A DNA stretch of 64,000 nucleotides, from assembly GCA_002841115.1 (NCBI GenBank), contig PHEC01000001.1, positions 39 through 64,038 on the forward strand, written 5' to 3'. The first letter of the stretch is position 1. The number at the start of each line of letters is the position of its first letter. Shown piece after piece: positions 49,684-59,431 of the stretch. The notes below the pieces were generated by a model. The model saw only the letters and a list, made by a program, of their open reading frames with translations, did not search any database and had not been told where the DNA came from. The stretch comes from Alphaproteobacteria bacterium HGW-Alphaproteobacteria-6. GTDB taxonomy: Bacteria; Pseudomonadota; Alphaproteobacteria; Rhodobacterales; Rhodobacteraceae. Both the position numbers and the translations under genes were made by a program.

Positions 49684-50736
49684 CTATTGCGCCGCCCGGA
49701 TTTCACTGACGAGGCGTGCGTAGTCGCGGGTCGCCGCGCCGACATCGCGCAACTGCTCATAGCCCAGCAGCGTCGCCGGGGTGATCGCCATGTTCGGGAA
49801 AAGCTCGGTCAGGTCGGCCGGCAACGCCGCCATCGCCGGCTGGTTCGGCACCTTGTAAAGGATGTTCTCGGCCGCCCAGCGGTGGTTGTCGGCCTCGAGG
49901 ATATCATTGACGAAGGCATAGGCGGCCTCCTTGTTCTCCGAGGCCTTGAGGATCACCATCGTGTCGACCCAGAGGTCCGATCCTTCCGCGGGGATGACAT
50001 AGCGGATCGCCGGATCCTCGGCGATGCCGTAGTTGCACCAGCCGTCCCAGGCCTGCACCATCTCGGCCTCGCCGGAGACCAGCTTGGCGTAGAAGGTGGT
50101 GTCGTCATAGGCCAGAAGGGTCTTTTTCGCCGCGATCAGCAGATCCCTGACTTCGGCCAGCTTGTCCGGGTCGGTCTCGTTCACCGAGAAGCCCTTGGCC
50201 AGGAACCCCGCCGCCAGCAGCCAGCGGTCGGTGGCCAGCATCGTCGTCTTGCCGGTCAGCGCAGCACTCGGCGCCAGCAGGTCGTGCCACGACGCCGGCG
50301 CCGGGCTGACCAGGTCGGAGCGGTAGCACAGCCCGGTGGTGCCCCAGGCATAGGGCACCGAAAAGGCGTTGCCCGGATCATGCGCCAGCGTCGTCGCCTC
50401 GGGGTAGAGGTTGGCGAGGTTGGGGATCTTGCCGTGGTCCAGCGTCTCGGCCAGGCCGAGGTTGTGCAGCACCTCGGCGAAGGGCGACGAGACGAAGACC
50501 ACGTCATAGCCCTTGCCGCCCGCGGCGATCAGCTTGCCCATGATCTCTTCATTGGTGGCATGCAGCACCAGTTCGGCGGCATGGCCGGTCCGCGCGGTGA
50601 AGGCGTCGACCGCGTCGGGCGCCATGTAGCCATCCCAGTTCGAGATGATCAGCCCCTCGGCGGCGGCCGCGCCGGCCCCAAAGGTCAAGGCCGCTGTCAG
50701 CGCAGCGGTCGCGAAGGTGTTCTTTGCGGTGGTCAT
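49684..50736 (-). CDS. Polyamine-type ABC substrate-binding protein (PotD/PotF-like)
   Basis: Sec signal; NWDGYM, PYAWGTTG, EGSDLWVD. Confidence 0.9.
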   Translation of the reverse strand: MTTAKNTFATAALTAALTFGAGAAAAEGLIISNWDGYMAPDAVDAFTARTGHAAELVLHATNEEIMGKLIAAGGKGYDVVFVSSPFAEVLHNLGLAETLDHGKIPNLANLYPEATTLAHDPGNAFSVPYAWGTTGLCYRSDLVSPAPASWHDLLAPSAALTGKTTMLATDRWLLAAGFLAKGFSVNETDPDKLAEVRDLLIAAKKTLLAYDDTTFYAKLVSGEAEMVQAWDGWCNYGIAEDPAIRYVIPAEGSDLWVDTMVILKASENKEAAYAFVNDILEADNHRWAAENILYKVPNQPAMAALPADLTELFPNMAITPATLLGYEQLRDVGAATRDYARLVSEIRAAQ

Positions 50737-50844
50737 CCGACACTCCCATGTCCTGTTGGCCGTAGGCAGGGCCGCGCCGCGGCGACCGGTCAGGGCGGCG
50801 GCGGACCCGTTGGCGGGCCTTCTTGCGGGCCCTGAGGTCTTTTC

Positions 50845-50880
50845 AGTATGTTTTCAGAAAAAGATACGTCAATATGTATT
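50845..50880 (-). promoter_or_regulatory. Putative promoter/operator for the potD-like operon
   Basis: Minus strand TTGACG-N16-CATACT; ATAC-N8-GTAT palindrome in an AT-rich patch. Confidence 0.45.
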
Positions 50881-50950
50881 ATCAGATATATTCTCCGACA
50901 GGTCGGTGGCGGTTTTTCCGCCACTCCACGGTGGTCGCAAGGGCAAGAAG

Positions 50951-51904
50951 ATGGGCGAGAGGCGGAAGAGAGCGCGAAAAAGTCACGCCGACCTGGCCCG
51001 CCTCGTGCTCGACATGACCCGCGAGCGCGGCATGCGTCCGGGTGCGCATCTGTCCGAGCAGGTCTTTGCCGAATCCTGCGCTGTTTCGCGAACGCCCATT
51101 CGGGCGGCCTTCAAGATGTTGTCAGAGAACGGATTTCTGACCGCAAGGCCGGGCGGCGGCTATGCGCTGGCGATCGATGCCGATGCGCCTGGCGCCCTGG
51201 CGACGGCCCGCCTGGACACCCAGGAAGATGCGCTGGCCGAGATGATCCTGGCCGATCGTGCCGCCCGCCGGCTGGATGACGCCCCCTCGGTCAGCTTCCT
51301 GGCGCGGCGCTATTCGGTTTCGCGCGTGGCGGTTCTGAATGCATTAAAGATACTGCAAGCCGAGGGAATCATCGACCGGCTGCCCGGCCAGTCCTGGTGC
51401 TTCCGGCCGATCCTCGACACGCCGAGGGCCCTGGCCGACAGCCATCAGTTCCGCCTGGCGCTGGAACCGCAGGCGATCCTGACGCCGGGTTTCGCGCTTG
51501 ATCCGCGGCGCGCGCTGGTCCTGCGCCGGCAGATGCAGGAGATGCGCGCGGCCGGCGAGGGGCGCATCGCCGCCGCCGCCTTCGCCCGCCTCGATGCCGA
51601 GTTTCACGGCCTGATCGCGCGCGGCGCCGCCAATGCCTTCATGCGCGACGCGCTTCTGGCCCATCACCGGCTGCGGCTGATCACCGAACGCGACAGCGGC
51701 GTGCCCGAGTTCCGGCTGCGCCAGTCCTTGCAGGAGCATCTCGACATTCTCGACAGTCTCGAACGGTATCAGTTCGACATCGCCGCCGACCAGATGGCCC
51801 TGCACCTGCGGCTGTCGCGCAATCCGCGCCCCGATGCCGCCAATCGCGGTGGCCCGCCGCTGCTCAGGCTGCCTGGCGCCGCCCTGCGGGCCGGCCCGCC
51901 ATGA
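50951..51904 (+). CDS. GntR/FCD family regulator with two winged-HTH domains
   Basis: LSEQVFAESCAVSRTPIRAA and SVSFLARRYSVSRVAVLNAL, followed by FCD (DAEFH, EHLDIL). Confidence 0.85.
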   Translation: MGERRKRARKSHADLARLVLDMTRERGMRPGAHLSEQVFAESCAVSRTPIRAAFKMLSENGFLTARPGGGYALAIDADAPGALATARLDTQEDALAEMILADRAARRLDDAPSVSFLARRYSVSRVAVLNALKILQAEGIIDRLPGQSWCFRPILDTPRALADSHQFRLALEPQAILTPGFALDPRRALVLRRQMQEMRAAGEGRIAAAAFARLDAEFHGLIARGAANAFMRDALLAHHRLRLITERDSGVPEFRLRQSLQEHLDILDSLERYQFDIAADQMALHLRLSRNPRPDAANRGGPPLLRLPGAALRAGPP

Positions 51905-53232
51905 CCCGCCCCCCGGTCGTGGCCCTGTTCCCCGAAGCAAGCTTTGGCGCCGCGCTGAACTGTGTCGCCATCGCCCAGGCGCTGCGCGCGCAAGGGGCGG
52001 TGCCGGTCTTCATCTGCCATCCCGGCTTCACCGGCATCTTCGTCGAATACGGCTTTCGCGAATACCACCTGCACCCCGCCGCCCGCCCCGGACCCGCCGC
52101 CGCGCCCGAGGACCACTGGCAAGGCTTCATCAACCGCCACCTGCCGCATTTCGACCTCAGCCCCTTCGACCAGCTGGCCACCTATGTCGGCCCGACCTGG
52201 GCGGCGATCGTCGATACCGCGATCGCCGCCGAGCCGAGCCTTGGCGAGACGATCGCCCGGATCCGCCCCGATGCGATCGTGCTCGACAACGTGATCATGT
52301 TCCCCGCCATCGCCAATGCCGGCTGTCCCTGGATCAGGGTGGTATCCTGCGCCGAGACCGAGATCGCCGATCCGCGGGTGCCGCCCTACCTGTCCGGCCT
52401 CGACGCAGGCGACCGGGCGGAGTGCGACGCCTTCAGGCGCGAATACCGCCGCGTCACCGCCACCGCCAGCGCGCGATACGGCGCGCTGCGCCGGGCGCAT
52501 GGGCTGACGCCGCTGAAGCCGGGGGTCTTTCTGGAACTGTCGCCGGCGATGAACCTGCTGCTGGCGCCGTCGATCCTGCGCCATGACCGCGCCCATCCGC
52601 TGCCGGCGCAGCGGCTGCGCTACCTTGAAGGCTGCGTGCGCACCGAGGCGCGCTATGACGTGCCGGTCCTGCCCGCCAACGACGGCCCGCTGGTCTATCT
52701 CAGCTTCGGCTCGCTCGGGGCGATCGACACCGCGCTGATCACCCGGATGATTGGTGTCTTCGCCGATATCCCGGCGCGCTTTCTGGTCAATGTCGGCGGC
52801 TTTCCCGATGCCTATCGCCAGGTTCCCGACAATGTCTATCTGGCTGGCTGGTTCCCGCAGCCCTCGGTGGTGGCGCAATGCGATCTCTTCATCCATCACG
52901 GTGGCAACAACAGCTTTTGCGAGGCGCTTCACGCCGGGGTGCCCTCGCTGGTCATGCCCTATTGTTGGGACGGGCACGACAATGGCCGGCGCGCCGAGAC
53001 GACCGGGACCGGACGGCGGCTGGACCGGGCCGGCTGGAGCGACGCCGACCTGCGCGCGGCGATCCTCGGCCTTCTGGCCGATGCGCCGATGCGCGCCCGG
53101 CTTGGCGCCAATGCCGAACGGATGCGTGCCGATCCCGGGCCGCAGGCGGCGGCGGCGGCGATCCTTGGCGTGATCGACGAGAGCGCGGTCGGACGGGATA
53201 CGCCGCGTGCGCGGACCGGCCATGGTGCCTGA
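51901..53232 (+). CDS. GT1 glycosyltransferase, paralog of 45677-46957
   Basis: FPEASFGAALN, YLEGCVR, YLSFGSLG, WFPQPSV, HHGGNNSF, WDGHDN. Confidence 0.85.
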   Translation: MTRPPVVALFPEASFGAALNCVAIAQALRAQGAVPVFICHPGFTGIFVEYGFREYHLHPAARPGPAAAPEDHWQGFINRHLPHFDLSPFDQLATYVGPTWAAIVDTAIAAEPSLGETIARIRPDAIVLDNVIMFPAIANAGCPWIRVVSCAETEIADPRVPPYLSGLDAGDRAECDAFRREYRRVTATASARYGALRRAHGLTPLKPGVFLELSPAMNLLLAPSILRHDRAHPLPAQRLRYLEGCVRTEARYDVPVLPANDGPLVYLSFGSLGAIDTALITRMIGVFADIPARFLVNVGGFPDAYRQVPDNVYLAGWFPQPSVVAQCDLFIHHGGNNSFCEALHAGVPSLVMPYCWDGHDNGRRAETTGTGRRLDRAGWSDADLRAAILGLLADAPMRARLGANAERMRADPGPQAAAAAILGVIDESAVGRDTPRARTGHGA

Positions 53233-53256
53233 TCCGGTTCGCCTGAACCGGCTTGA

Positions 53257-53570
53257 CAGGCTGTTGAAAAGGCCACGCCTCCACCCGTTTCCAGCCACCA
53301 AATCGGGAAACTGTTCCTCGCCACGCTCCCCACAAGCTCTGGCCCGGGCGACCAGCCCGGGCCGCGCCCGACCCTCCCGGCGGGAGGGCGCATTGCAATG
53401 TCGCAAATAGCTAAACGGTTGGAATGACTTGGCTGCGATAAAGCGCCGCAGCCCCGGCGTGGCAAAGCGCCCACCCAGGGTCGGGCGCGTCCCTCGGTGC
53501 CAGGATCGGATGACGGGACAGGAACAGTTTCCTCGCCAGACACTGCGCGAAGTCCTTATTCAGCAGCCTG
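53257..53570. mobile_element. MITE copy 2 (314 bp)
   Basis: Terminal inverted repeats CAGGCTGTTGAAAA / TATTCAGCAGCCTG; 55-bp core 53339-53393 identical to 18187-18241. Confidence 0.8.
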
Positions 53571-53610
53571 TCAATCTATCGTTAACCATGGCGCGCGCAG
53601 GATCGCCGGC

Positions 53611-53937
53611 ATGCGCCCCGCGATTGCCGCCCTTCTCTTCGCCACGCTGCCGGCCCTTGCCGCCTGCACCACGCCGGCGCCGCAGTTCTTCGGCGCGACC
53701 CGGCATACCGTCAGCCGCGGCGGCATCGACTTCGTCGTCTTTCATCGCGGCAGCCGGGCCGAGGTGGTGCGGCTTGGCTATCTCGCGCGGCGCGACCGTG
53801 ACCGGGTGCCTGCCCTGATGGCCGAGGCGGCCGGCATCGCGACCGGCTGCCGGGTCATCGCCAATTCGATGACCACCCGTCTGCCCGGCGACACCGGCGA
53901 GGCGCGCTTCGACCTCGATTGCCGCGTCCCGGGCTGA
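53611..53937 (+). CDS. Hypothetical lipoprotein
   Basis: Signal peptide with lipobox LAAC; two further Cys residues. Confidence 0.7.
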   Translation: MRPAIAALLFATLPALAACTTPAPQFFGATRHTVSRGGIDFVVFHRGSRAEVVRLGYLARRDRDRVPALMAEAAGIATGCRVIANSMTTRLPGDTGEARFDLDCRVPG

Positions 53938-54094
53938 TCCCCCGGCGCGGGCGTGCATCCGCCCCCCCCCGCGGCAATCGGTTTCGTTGCGCTTGACGCC
54001 GTCATCGTCTAGGTCATGCTGCAAAGCGGCGCGCCGCCGATCCGGCCCGGAGCGCCGCGCCATGCCATTCGCATCTAAAAAGAAGGATCAGCCC

Positions 54095-55270
54095 ATGACC
54101 AATGTCGTAATCGTCTCGGCCGGCCGCACCGCAGTCGGCAGTTTCAACGGTGCTTTCGCCAATACCCCTGCGCATGAGCTTGGGGCGGCGGTGATCGAGG
54201 CGGTGGTGGCGCGCGCCGGCATCGACAAGGCCGAGGTGTCGGAGACCATCCTCGGTCAGGTGCTGACCGCCGGGCAGGGCCAGAACCCGGCACGCCAGGC
54301 GCATGTCAATGCCGGCCTGTCAATCGAATCGCCGGCGATGACCATCAACCAGGTCTGCGGCTCGGGCCTGCGGGCGGTGGCACTTGGCGCCCAGCACATC
54401 CTGTGCGGCGATGCCGCGATCGTGATCGCCGGCGGCCAGGAAAGCATGAGCCTCGCACCCCATTGCGCCCATCTGCGCGCCGGCCAGAAGATGGGCGACC
54501 TGAAATTCATCGACACGATGATCCGCGACGGGCTCTGGGATGCCTTCAACGGCTACCACATGGGCACCACGGCCGAGAACGTCGCGTCAAAATGGCAGAT
54601 CGGCCGCGAGGCGCAGGACGCCTTCGCGGTCGCCAGCCAGAACAAGGCGGAAGCCGCGCAGAAGGCCGGCAAGTTCGCCGACGAGATCATCGGTTTCACC
54701 GTCAAGACCCGCAAGGGCGACATCGTCGTCGATCAGGACGAATACATCCGCCACGGCGCGACCCTTGACGCGATGACCAAGCTCAGGCCGGCCTTTTCCA
54801 AGGAGGGCACGGTCACGGCGGGCAATGCCTCGGGTCTCAACGACGGCGCCGCCGCACTTCTGCTGATGTCCGAGGCCGAGGCGGCGCGGCGCGGGCTGAC
54901 GCCGCTGGCGCGAATCGCCTCCTATGCCTCGGTCGGCGTCGATCCGGCCGTCATGGGCTCGGGCCCGATCCCGGCCAGCCGCAAGGCGCTGGAAAAGGCC
55001 GGCTGGAAGGCCGCCGATCTTGACCTGATCGAGGCCAACGAGGCCTTCGCGGCACAGGCCTGCGCGGTCAACAAGGACATGGGCTGGGATCTTGCGCGCG
55101 TCAACGTCAACGGCGGCGCCATCGCCATCGGCCACCCGATCGGGGCAAGCGGGGCGCGCATCCTCAACACGCTGGTCTTCGAAATGGGCCGGTCGGGCGC
55201 CAGGAAGGGTCTTGCGACGCTCTGCATCGGCGGCGGCATGGGCATCGCCATGTGCCTTGAGCGGGCCTGA
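54095..55270 (+). CDS. phaA: Acetyl-CoA acetyltransferase (beta-ketothiolase)
   Basis: [30 protein letters not shown]; upstream of phaB. Confidence 0.95.
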   Translation: MTNVVIVSAGRTAVGSFNGAFANTPAHELGAAVIEAVVARAGIDKAEVSETILGQVLTAGQGQNPARQAHVNAGLSIESPAMTINQVCGSGLRAVALGAQHILCGDAAIVIAGGQESMSLAPHCAHLRAGQKMGDLKFIDTMIRDGLWDAFNGYHMGTTAENVASKWQIGREAQDAFAVASQNKAEAAQKAGKFADEIIGFTVKTRKGDIVVDQDEYIRHGATLDAMTKLRPAFSKEGTVTAGNASGLNDGAAALLLMSEAEAARRGLTPLARIASYASVGVDPAVMGSGPIPASRKALEKAGWKAADLDLIEANEAFAAQACAVNKDMGWDLARVNVNGGAIAIGHPIGASGARILNTLVFEMGRSGARKGLATLCIGGGMGIAMCLERA

Positions 55271-55303
55271 CTGTCCACCAGACGGCGCGGATAAGTGAAG
55301 ACC

Positions 55304-55330
55304 GGGGTGCGCAATATTGTTGCGCACCCC
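55304..55330. other. 11-bp inverted repeat between phaA and phaB (RNA hairpin or operator)
   Basis: GGGGTGCGCAA-TATTG-TTGCGCACCCC. Confidence 0.55.
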
Positions 55331-55378
55331 GAATCACGATTGTAACTTGATTGCAGAAACAACCTTTGGGGAGGGATC

Positions 55379-56104
55379 ATGGCCAGAGTAGCACTCGTGA
55401 CCGGGGGGTCGCGCGGCATCGGCGCGGCGATTTCCGTCGCACTCAAGGCAGCCGGTTACAAGGTGGCCGCGAATTACGCGGGCAACGACGCGGCCGCTGC
55501 GGCCTTCACCAATGAGACCGGCATCCCGACCTACAAGTGGTCGGTTGCCGATTATGACGCCTGCGCCGCCGGCATCGCCCGGGTCGAGGCAGACCTCGGT
55601 CCGGTCGAAGTGCTGGTCAACAACGCCGGCATCACCCGCGACGCGATGTTTCACAAGATGACGCCGGCACAGTGGAAAGAGGTGATCGACACCAACCTTT
55701 CGGGCGCCTTCAACATGACCCATCCGGTCTGGTCGGGGATGCGCGACCGCAAGTTCGGCCGGATCGTCAACATCTCGTCGATCAACGGCCAGAAGGGCCA
55801 GGCGGGCCAGGCCAATTATTCCGCCGCCAAGGCCGGCGACCTCGGCTTTACCAAGGCTTTGGCGCAGGAAGGCGCGCGCGCCGGCATCACCGTCAACGCG
55901 ATCTGCCCGGGCTATATCGGCACCGAGATGGTGCGCGCGATCGACGAGAAGGTGCTGGCCGAACGGATCATCCCGCAGATTCCGGTCGGCCGCCTCGGCG
56001 AACCCGAGGAGATCGCCCGCTGCGTGGTGTTCCTTGCCGCCGACGACGCCGGCTTCATCACCGGCTCGACGATCTCGGCCAATGGCGGCCAGTTCGTCGT
56101 CTGA
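55379..56104 (+). CDS. phaB: Acetoacetyl-CoA reductase
   Basis: VTGGSRGIG, NNAGITRD, SSINGQKGQAGQANYSAAK. Confidence 0.96.
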   Translation: MARVALVTGGSRGIGAAISVALKAAGYKVAANYAGNDAAAAAFTNETGIPTYKWSVADYDACAAGIARVEADLGPVEVLVNNAGITRDAMFHKMTPAQWKEVIDTNLSGAFNMTHPVWSGMRDRKFGRIVNISSINGQKGQAGQANYSAAKAGDLGFTKALAQEGARAGITVNAICPGYIGTEMVRAIDEKVLAERIIPQIPVGRLGEPEEIARCVVFLAADDAGFITGSTISANGGQFVV

Positions 56105-56142
56105 ACGGGACCGGATCGCAAGGGCCGGGGGATCAGAAACAA

Positions 56143-56168
56143 GGGGGCCGGTCATCCGACCGGCCCCT
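56143..56168. terminator. Probable terminator hairpin between convergent phaB and the DUF465 gene
   Basis: GGGGCCGGTC-ATCC-GACCGGCCCC. Confidence 0.6.
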
Positions 56169-56191
56169 GTGCTGTCGTGCTGATGGCACCG

Positions 56192-56359
56192 TCAGTTCTG
56201 ACTGAGGCGCGCAATCTCTTCCTTGATCTTGAGTTTCTGCTTTTTCATGTCGGCGATGGCCAGATCGTCATAGCCGGGATGGCGTTGCGCCTCTTCCACG
56301 GCCTCGGACAGATGTTCGTGTTTCTTGCGAAGTTCCTGCAGGTGCGAACCCAGCGACAT
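56192..56359 (-). CDS. DUF465/YdcH family small coiled-coil protein
   Basis: SHLQELRKKHEHL..MKKQKLKIKEEI; RBS GAGGAG. Confidence 0.85.
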   Translation of the reverse strand: MSLGSHLQELRKKHEHLSEAVEEAQRHPGYDDLAIADMKKQKLKIKEEIARLSQN

Positions 56360-56485
56360 CGTCGTCTCCTCTGCTGTGAAACCTGTCATGATTCCATCAC
56401 AGAAGATGAGTCGTGTCACGCGGAACCCGCCGGGGCCGAAAAATCTTCGCCCTGGCCGGCGGTCCCCTGCCCGGTCGTCGGGCGA

Positions 56486-57265
56486 TCAGAGCCGCAGCGC
56501 CGCGCCGTCACGCAGGACGGCGCGCGCGGCGGCGGCAAAGCTGTCGCCATCCGCGCCATCGGGTCGGGCGTCATCATGCAGCACCAGCGGCGCCAGCAGG
56601 CGGCAGGGCGCCCGCCCGCCCTTGCGCGCTCGCAGGATCACCCGGCTGGCAGGCTGGCCGGCGCGCGGCGCCACCGGCAGGATCGCCAGGCTTCCCGCCC
56701 CGGCGGCCAGCAGCAGGGCCAGAACCTCGGGCAGCCGTTCGCTCGCCTGGATCAGGGTCAGCCAGCCCTTCGGACAAAGCCGGCGCATCGCGGCACTGAT
56801 CCATGCCGCAAGCGGCGTGGCCTCGCGCAGCGCATGGTCGCGCCCGGCATCGGCGGACCGGGTGCCACCGCCGGCATGCCAGTAGGGCGGATTGGCCAGC
56901 ACATGATCGAAAGCCTCGGCGCGCAGCACCGCCGGCATCGCCGCCAGATCGCCCTCGACCACCCGGATCGCGATGCCGTTGCTGGCGCCGTTGCGACGCG
57001 CCAGCGCGGCATAGACGGGCTGCACCTCCAGCCCGCTCAGCATGATCCCCGGCACCCGGCGGGCCAGGCAAAGACCGGCAACCCCGGCCCCGCAGCCAAG
57101 TTCCAGCACCCGCTCGCCGGCCCGGGCCGGGACCGCGGCGGCCAGAAGTACCGGATCGATCGCCGCGCGGTAGCCGCCACGCGGCTGGGCGATGACCAGC
57201 CGCCCGCCCAGAAAGCCGTCCTCGGTCAGTTCGCCTTGCGGCGCGTCATCGCTGCCCATCGCCAT
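56486..57265 (-). CDS. tRNA1(Val) A37 N6-methyltransferase-like SAM-dependent methyltransferase
   Basis: QPRGGYRAAIDPVLL, LELGCGAG, ANPPY; exact start uncertain. Confidence 0.85.
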   Translation of the reverse strand: MAMGSDDAPQGELTEDGFLGGRLVIAQPRGGYRAAIDPVLLAAAVPARAGERVLELGCGAGVAGLCLARRVPGIMLSGLEVQPVYAALARRNGASNGIAIRVVEGDLAAMPAVLRAEAFDHVLANPPYWHAGGGTRSADAGRDHALREATPLAAWISAAMRRLCPKGWLTLIQASERLPEVLALLLAAGAGSLAILPVAPRAGQPASRVILRARKGGRAPCRLLAPLVLHDDARPDGADGDSFAAAARAVLRDGAALRL

Positions 57266-57476
57266 GGCCGTCGGGGATGTCATTGTCACGCAGCACGCTT
57301 CGCGCCAGAAAAAGGTCGCGGTCCGCCACCATCAGCCGCTGCGGCAAAATGCCTAGCGAGCCTTCCAGAACGCTCATGTGGACGTCCAGTGCAAAGACCG
57401 CTATACCCTCGGCGTCGAGAAGGGCGGTCGCATGGGCGATGACGGTCGGGTCAGTGGTTCGCAGAAGCTCTTTCAT
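57246..57476 (-). CDS. DUF2007 family protein
   Basis: MKELLRTTDP..DVHMSVLEGSLGILPQRLMV. Confidence 0.8.
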   Translation of the reverse strand: MKELLRTTDPTVIAHATALLDAEGIAVFALDVHMSVLEGSLGILPQRLMVADRDLFLARSVLRDNDIPDGHGDGQR

Positions 57477-57530
57477 ATTCCACGACTTAAGATCAATCGC
57501 CCGGCTTTGTCGAGGGCGCATGGGGCCACG

Positions 57531-58532
57531 ATGAGCTTGGACGAGACCGCAGACAGACCGCTTGACCGGCTGGCCACGCATCTGGCCGCCGACATGGACG
57601 CGGTCAATGCGCTGATCCGCCGGCGCATGGCCTCGGACCATGCCCCGCGCATTCCGCAGGTCACCGCCCATCTGGTCGAGGCCGGCGGCAAGCGGATCCG
57701 GCCGATGCTGACGCTGGCGGCGGCGCGGCTCTGCGGCTATGGCGGGCCCTATCACGTTCACCTCGCCGCGACGGTCGAGTTCATCCATACCGCGACCCTG
57801 CTGCATGACGATGTGGTCGACGAAAGCGCGCAGCGCCGCGGCCGGCCGACCGCCAACCTCTTGTGGGACAACAAGTCAAGCGTGCTGGTCGGCGACTACC
57901 TCTTTTCGCGGTCCTTCCAGCTGATGGTGGAAACCGGCTCGCTCCGGGTGCTCGACATCCTCGCCAATGCCTCGGCGACGATTGCCGAGGGCGAGGTGCT
58001 GCAACTGAGCGCCGCGCAGGATCTGGCCACGACCGAGGCGGTCTATCTGCGGGTGATCCGCGGCAAGACAGCGGCACTTTTCGCCGCCGCGACCGAGGTC
58101 GGCGGGGTGATCGCCGGCGCGCCCGAGGATCAGGTGCGCGCCCTCAACGCCTATGGCGACGCGCTGGGCATCGCCTTCCAGATCGTCGACGACTTGCTGG
58201 ATTATGGTATTGCCGGCGACGGCATCGGCAAGAACCTCGGCGACGATTTCCGCGAGCGCAAGCTGACCCTGCCGGTGATCCGGGCGGTGGCGCGGGCCAC
58301 GCCCGAGGAACGCGCCTTCTGGGTTCGGACCATCGAAAAGGGCGATCAGGGCGCCGGCGATCTGCAAGAGGCGCTGCGCCTGCTTGACCGTCACGGCGCG
58401 CTGGAGACCACGCGCGCCGATGCGCTGGCCTGGGCCGCCAAGGCGCGCGATGTGCTGGGGGGGCTGCCCGACCATCCGCTGCGCGAGATGCTCGACGATC
58501 TGGCCAGTTATGTGGTCGAGCGCATCAACTGA
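57531..58532 (+). CDS. ispB: Polyprenyl (decaprenyl) diphosphate synthase
   Basis: [31 protein letters not shown]. Confidence 0.93.
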   Translation: MSLDETADRPLDRLATHLAADMDAVNALIRRRMASDHAPRIPQVTAHLVEAGGKRIRPMLTLAAARLCGYGGPYHVHLAATVEFIHTATLLHDDVVDESAQRRGRPTANLLWDNKSSVLVGDYLFSRSFQLMVETGSLRVLDILANASATIAEGEVLQLSAAQDLATTEAVYLRVIRGKTAALFAAATEVGGVIAGAPEDQVRALNAYGDALGIAFQIVDDLLDYGIAGDGIGKNLGDDFRERKLTLPVIRAVARATPEERAFWVRTIEKGDQGAGDLQEALRLLDRHGALETTRADALAWAAKARDVLGGLPDHPLREMLDDLASYVVERIN

Positions 58533-59431
58533 TTGATCCGCGCCGCCTCGGCGGCATCGGCGGGGTAAAGCTGCCCCGGCGCCACCCACCAACCCGGTTG
58601 CGCCTTTGATATCGCCGCACCCGCCCGCTCTGCGGCGGCCAGATCGGGGAAAAGCGCAAAGCAGGTCGCGCCGGAGCCTGACATGCGGGCGATCATTGCG
58701 CCCCGTTGCGCCGCCAGGGCAGCGAGAACCGCTTCGATTTCCGGGGCGATCGTGCGGGCCGGGGGTTCAAGATCGTTGCGCTGACCGGCCAGCCAGCGCG
58801 CCAGATCGCCGACATCGGCCCAGGCGGGCAAATCGTCCGGCATGGCCGGGTTGTCGGCCTTGGTCAGCGCCGCGAAAACCGCGCCGGTGGGCACCTCCAC
58901 GCCGGGATTGACAAGGAGCAGCGGCACCTCGGGGAAAGGCACGAGGTCCAGCCGCTCGCCAATGCCGCGCATGCGTGCCGGGCGCGACAGCAGGCAGACC
59001 GGCAGATCGGCGCCAAGGCCGAGCACCGCATCCCGGTCAAGCGCCGCAAGCCGCGCCAGAACCGCCTCGGGATCATCCGCATCCTGCCGAAGCGCCGCCC
59101 GGATCGCCGCCGCCGCATCCGCGCTGCCGCCCCCGATCCCCGAGGCGGGCGGCAGGCGTTTTTCCAGCGTGAACGCCACGCCCTGCGCGCCGGACAGCAA
59201 CTCGGTGGCCTGCATCACCAGATTGTCGCGATCCGCAGGCACATGCGCCCCGAACGGTCCCGCCAGCGTCAGTGACGATACCCCCGCGCGGATCGCAAGA
59301 AGCCGGTCGCCGACATCGGCAAAGGCCACCAGACTGTCGAGCAGGTGATACCCGTCCGCCAGCCGCCCGGTGACATGCAGTGTCAGGTTGATCTTGGCGG
59401 GCGCGAATTCAGTGATTGGCGGCGGCGGCAT
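58508..59431 (-). CDS. ispE: 4-diphosphocytidyl-2-C-methyl-D-erythritol kinase
   Basis: [28 protein letters not shown]. Confidence 0.95.
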   Translation of the reverse strand: MPPPPITEFAPAKINLTLHVTGRLADGYHLLDSLVAFADVGDRLLAIRAGVSSLTLAGPFGAHVPADRDNLVMQATELLSGAQGVAFTLEKRLPPASGIGGGSADAAAAIRAALRQDADDPEAVLARLAALDRDAVLGLGADLPVCLLSRPARMRGIGERLDLVPFPEVPLLLVNPGVEVPTGAVFAALTKADNPAMPDDLPAWADVGDLARWLAGQRNDLEPPARTIAPEIEAVLAALAAQRGAMIARMSGSGATCFALFPDLAAAERAGAAISKAQPGWWVAPGQLYPADAAEAARINQLMRSTT

